Source: Lama guanicoe
Taxonomy: Eukaryota
Direction of reading: 5' to 3'
Assembly: GCA_013239625.1 (NCBI GenBank)
Contig: MU057347.1
Span: 12,357,388 to 12,421,387 of the forward strand
Length of the DNA stretch: 64,000 bases
A program made the translations under genes and the position numbers. Positions 61,858-64,000 of this stretch are shown here, piece by piece. Below the pieces are notes generated by a model, which saw only the letters and a program-made list of their open reading frames with translations, did not search any database and had not been told where the DNA came from. Position 1 is the first letter of the stretch; each line of letters starts with the position of its first letter.

Positions 61858-64000
61858 GGGAGATCATACATTCTCTGCAAGGTTATACTGCTCTCAGGGG
61901 CACAGAACTTGGTTCTTGAGGGTGAAAATAATCTTTCTTTATGCAAAAACACAGATGTACCTACAGTACATAAACCATTGTCTGGTGTTTCTGTCTTATT
62001 AAAATTTCATGAAGGGCGATTAAGAAAAAAAAGTCTGAAATGGCTCCTCAGGGGGTGATAATGAAATAGAGTTTGAGAAACACTGAATTAGAGGAAAATC
62101 GGCTGAAACTACAGCTTTTTCCTCCCACATTTTGCCAAGGCGCTGGTAGGGACGCGGAAGGTAAAGCAAGAGGAGTGAACGTACGTACGTACCGCAGTCA
62201 CGCGCATCTTCCCAGGAAGAGGCGAGGAGGGGGGGCCTCGCTGCTTTGGGAAACGTTTTTTTTTTTTTTCCTGCCACAGGACAGACTTACAAAGGATGAT
62301 ATTTACATTTTCCCAAAGCCTCTAATTTTCTCATTTATCATTTGTCGGAGCCCGGGGCCCTTCCACAGCACGTGGAATGTTTGCACACATCTAGTGATCG
62401 CTTTTACCAAACAAACGTCACAGTCGCTGAGAGAAATTCGTTAACGTTGGTGAGACTGCTAATTTCATCCATTAATGTCACACTGTGCCGCGGCAGGCAG
62501 GATCTTGGGGTGTCTTACATCACCCTGAGCTCTGTGGCTCTTGGCGAACTTGTCCCCCACCCCTACCCCCAGCTCGGGCTCCTGTGAGACAAGGGGAACC
62601 ATGGAAACCATCCTGCCGCCCCTTCAGTGAGAAGATGAGCAGAGGGACTGGGTGCGGGTGGATGTGGACTGGGGCTTCCAGAGCGAGGCCTGGGGTTTCT
62701 GGAACTCCTGATCTCGCTTGCCGGACTCACCCAGTGGGGAATTTTATGGCGGTGCTTTCATCAGCCCCAGGGAAGGCAGATCCAGCTGGTGCCTTGGCCT
62801 CCAGGAGAAGTCTCAGGGCGCCGGGGAGGGCTTCCCCAGGGCCCAGAAAACGCACTTTCCTTTCCTCCCTCTCTCAGCTCACCCCAAGGCTGCTGACAGA
62901 ACACCAGCCTCTTTACAGAAATTCAGTTCTGTCTCCAGGGCAGCGGTTCCGGGGTTCCAGCTGCCCCAGTGGCACTGCCCCCACTTTATAGGTGAAGGAA
63001 CTGCCTGAGATCACGTGGAGCCAGATGTAACACACACCTTGGCGTCTGCAGACTCGAGGACCTACCTGAGGGATGTCAGATCCCCAACCAGAGTGAAGGT
63101 GCAGATCCCTGCCTCTGGGGAACCTCCCTTCACTCCCCCAGAAAGTGTCAGACAGTCAGTAAAGACACCATGTCCCCTTAAGCCTGGGGAGAGAGCACGG
63201 TTTAGTAAAAAGGACCCGTTCATCCTCCCCACTGCTCTGGGACATCATCCTCTCATAATCAACAATCTACGGAGCATCTGGTCCCCTGCTGGGCTCTCAG
63301 GTTCCCTGGGGCCCAGGCTTCCTGGTGGCTCCTGGATCGCACAGGAATTCGGGATTGCTGGAGCGCACCTGCCACCCCAAGCACAGTGGATGCTGGGGAT
63401 GACTTCTGACCCACAGCCGGGGGTGGGCATTTGTGGAAACCAAAGGCCAGTGTGCATCTGGGTCAGGTGCTAGGGGACAATGAAGCTTTTATGTGGATGT
63501 GACTGGGGGAGGGGTCGGACGGGGAAGCAGGGCTTCCCTGCAGGGTCTGCACACAGGCCTTAGTGAGCAAGTTCAAAAAGTGACCCTCGGAGGTCGGGCT
63601 ACAGCACAGCCATGGGGACACCACCTAACGCAGCAGATGATCAGAGATGCTGGCCCAGCAGTCGAGGCCAGCCTGGTGTCTGGGGGCCCCGTGCTGCACC
63701 CCCCACGGCATCGGGAGCTGAGGGGGTGCCTTCGGGGCCTCAGTGTTTCTGAGGCTGTTGTTAGTTCTCCCCAGAGGACGTCCGCGCTCCGACCCCTCCC
63801 CTGGCTGCTCTGCTGCTCCAGGTGCCTCGTGCCACCTTTCCCAAGTGGGCGTGGATTCCAGGGACAAGCCGTCCACGGAGCCACCAAACAGGCGTCAGGT
63901 CCTGTAAGGCACGTGTTTCCCATGCTCTGGTCACTCGAGGGCCACCGTCACGGTTGTCGCCAAACCTCGCAGTCCTCATGCTGTTATCTCTGTAATATTT

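Noticed and set aside
1-64000. CRISPR array or prokaryote-type operon/defence system
   Set aside because: No repeat-spacer array and no gene-dense structure; the sequence is clearly mammalian

Overview
Mammalian genomic DNA, most likely from a camelid: it has four tRNA-derived SINEs resembling the Camelidae Vic-1 family, and I saw no Alu, B1 or Bov-type SINEs. It comes from a draft assembly with five N-gaps. I found no intact protein-coding gene, so the window looks intronic or intergenic. Most of it is interspersed repeats: L2, MIR, old L1, MaLR/ERVL LTRs, hAT MITEs, several ERV1-type LTRs, and the 5' end of a decayed class I ERV with a gag-matrix relic. Between these sit unique, regulatory-looking islands. 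The best-supported oddities are three non-canonical L1-mediated insertions: a 40-nt tailless 5S rRNA copy with a perfect 13-bp TSD, a 55-nt L1 5' terminus with a 15-bp TSD, and an L1 5'-end/3'-end fusion. Also notable are a TALE/Hox-motif-dense candidate enhancer and a 17-bp-periodic GC-box array. Repeat family names come from recalled consensus motifs, not a database search, and boundaries are approximate. Nothing here supports a genuinely new biological system.
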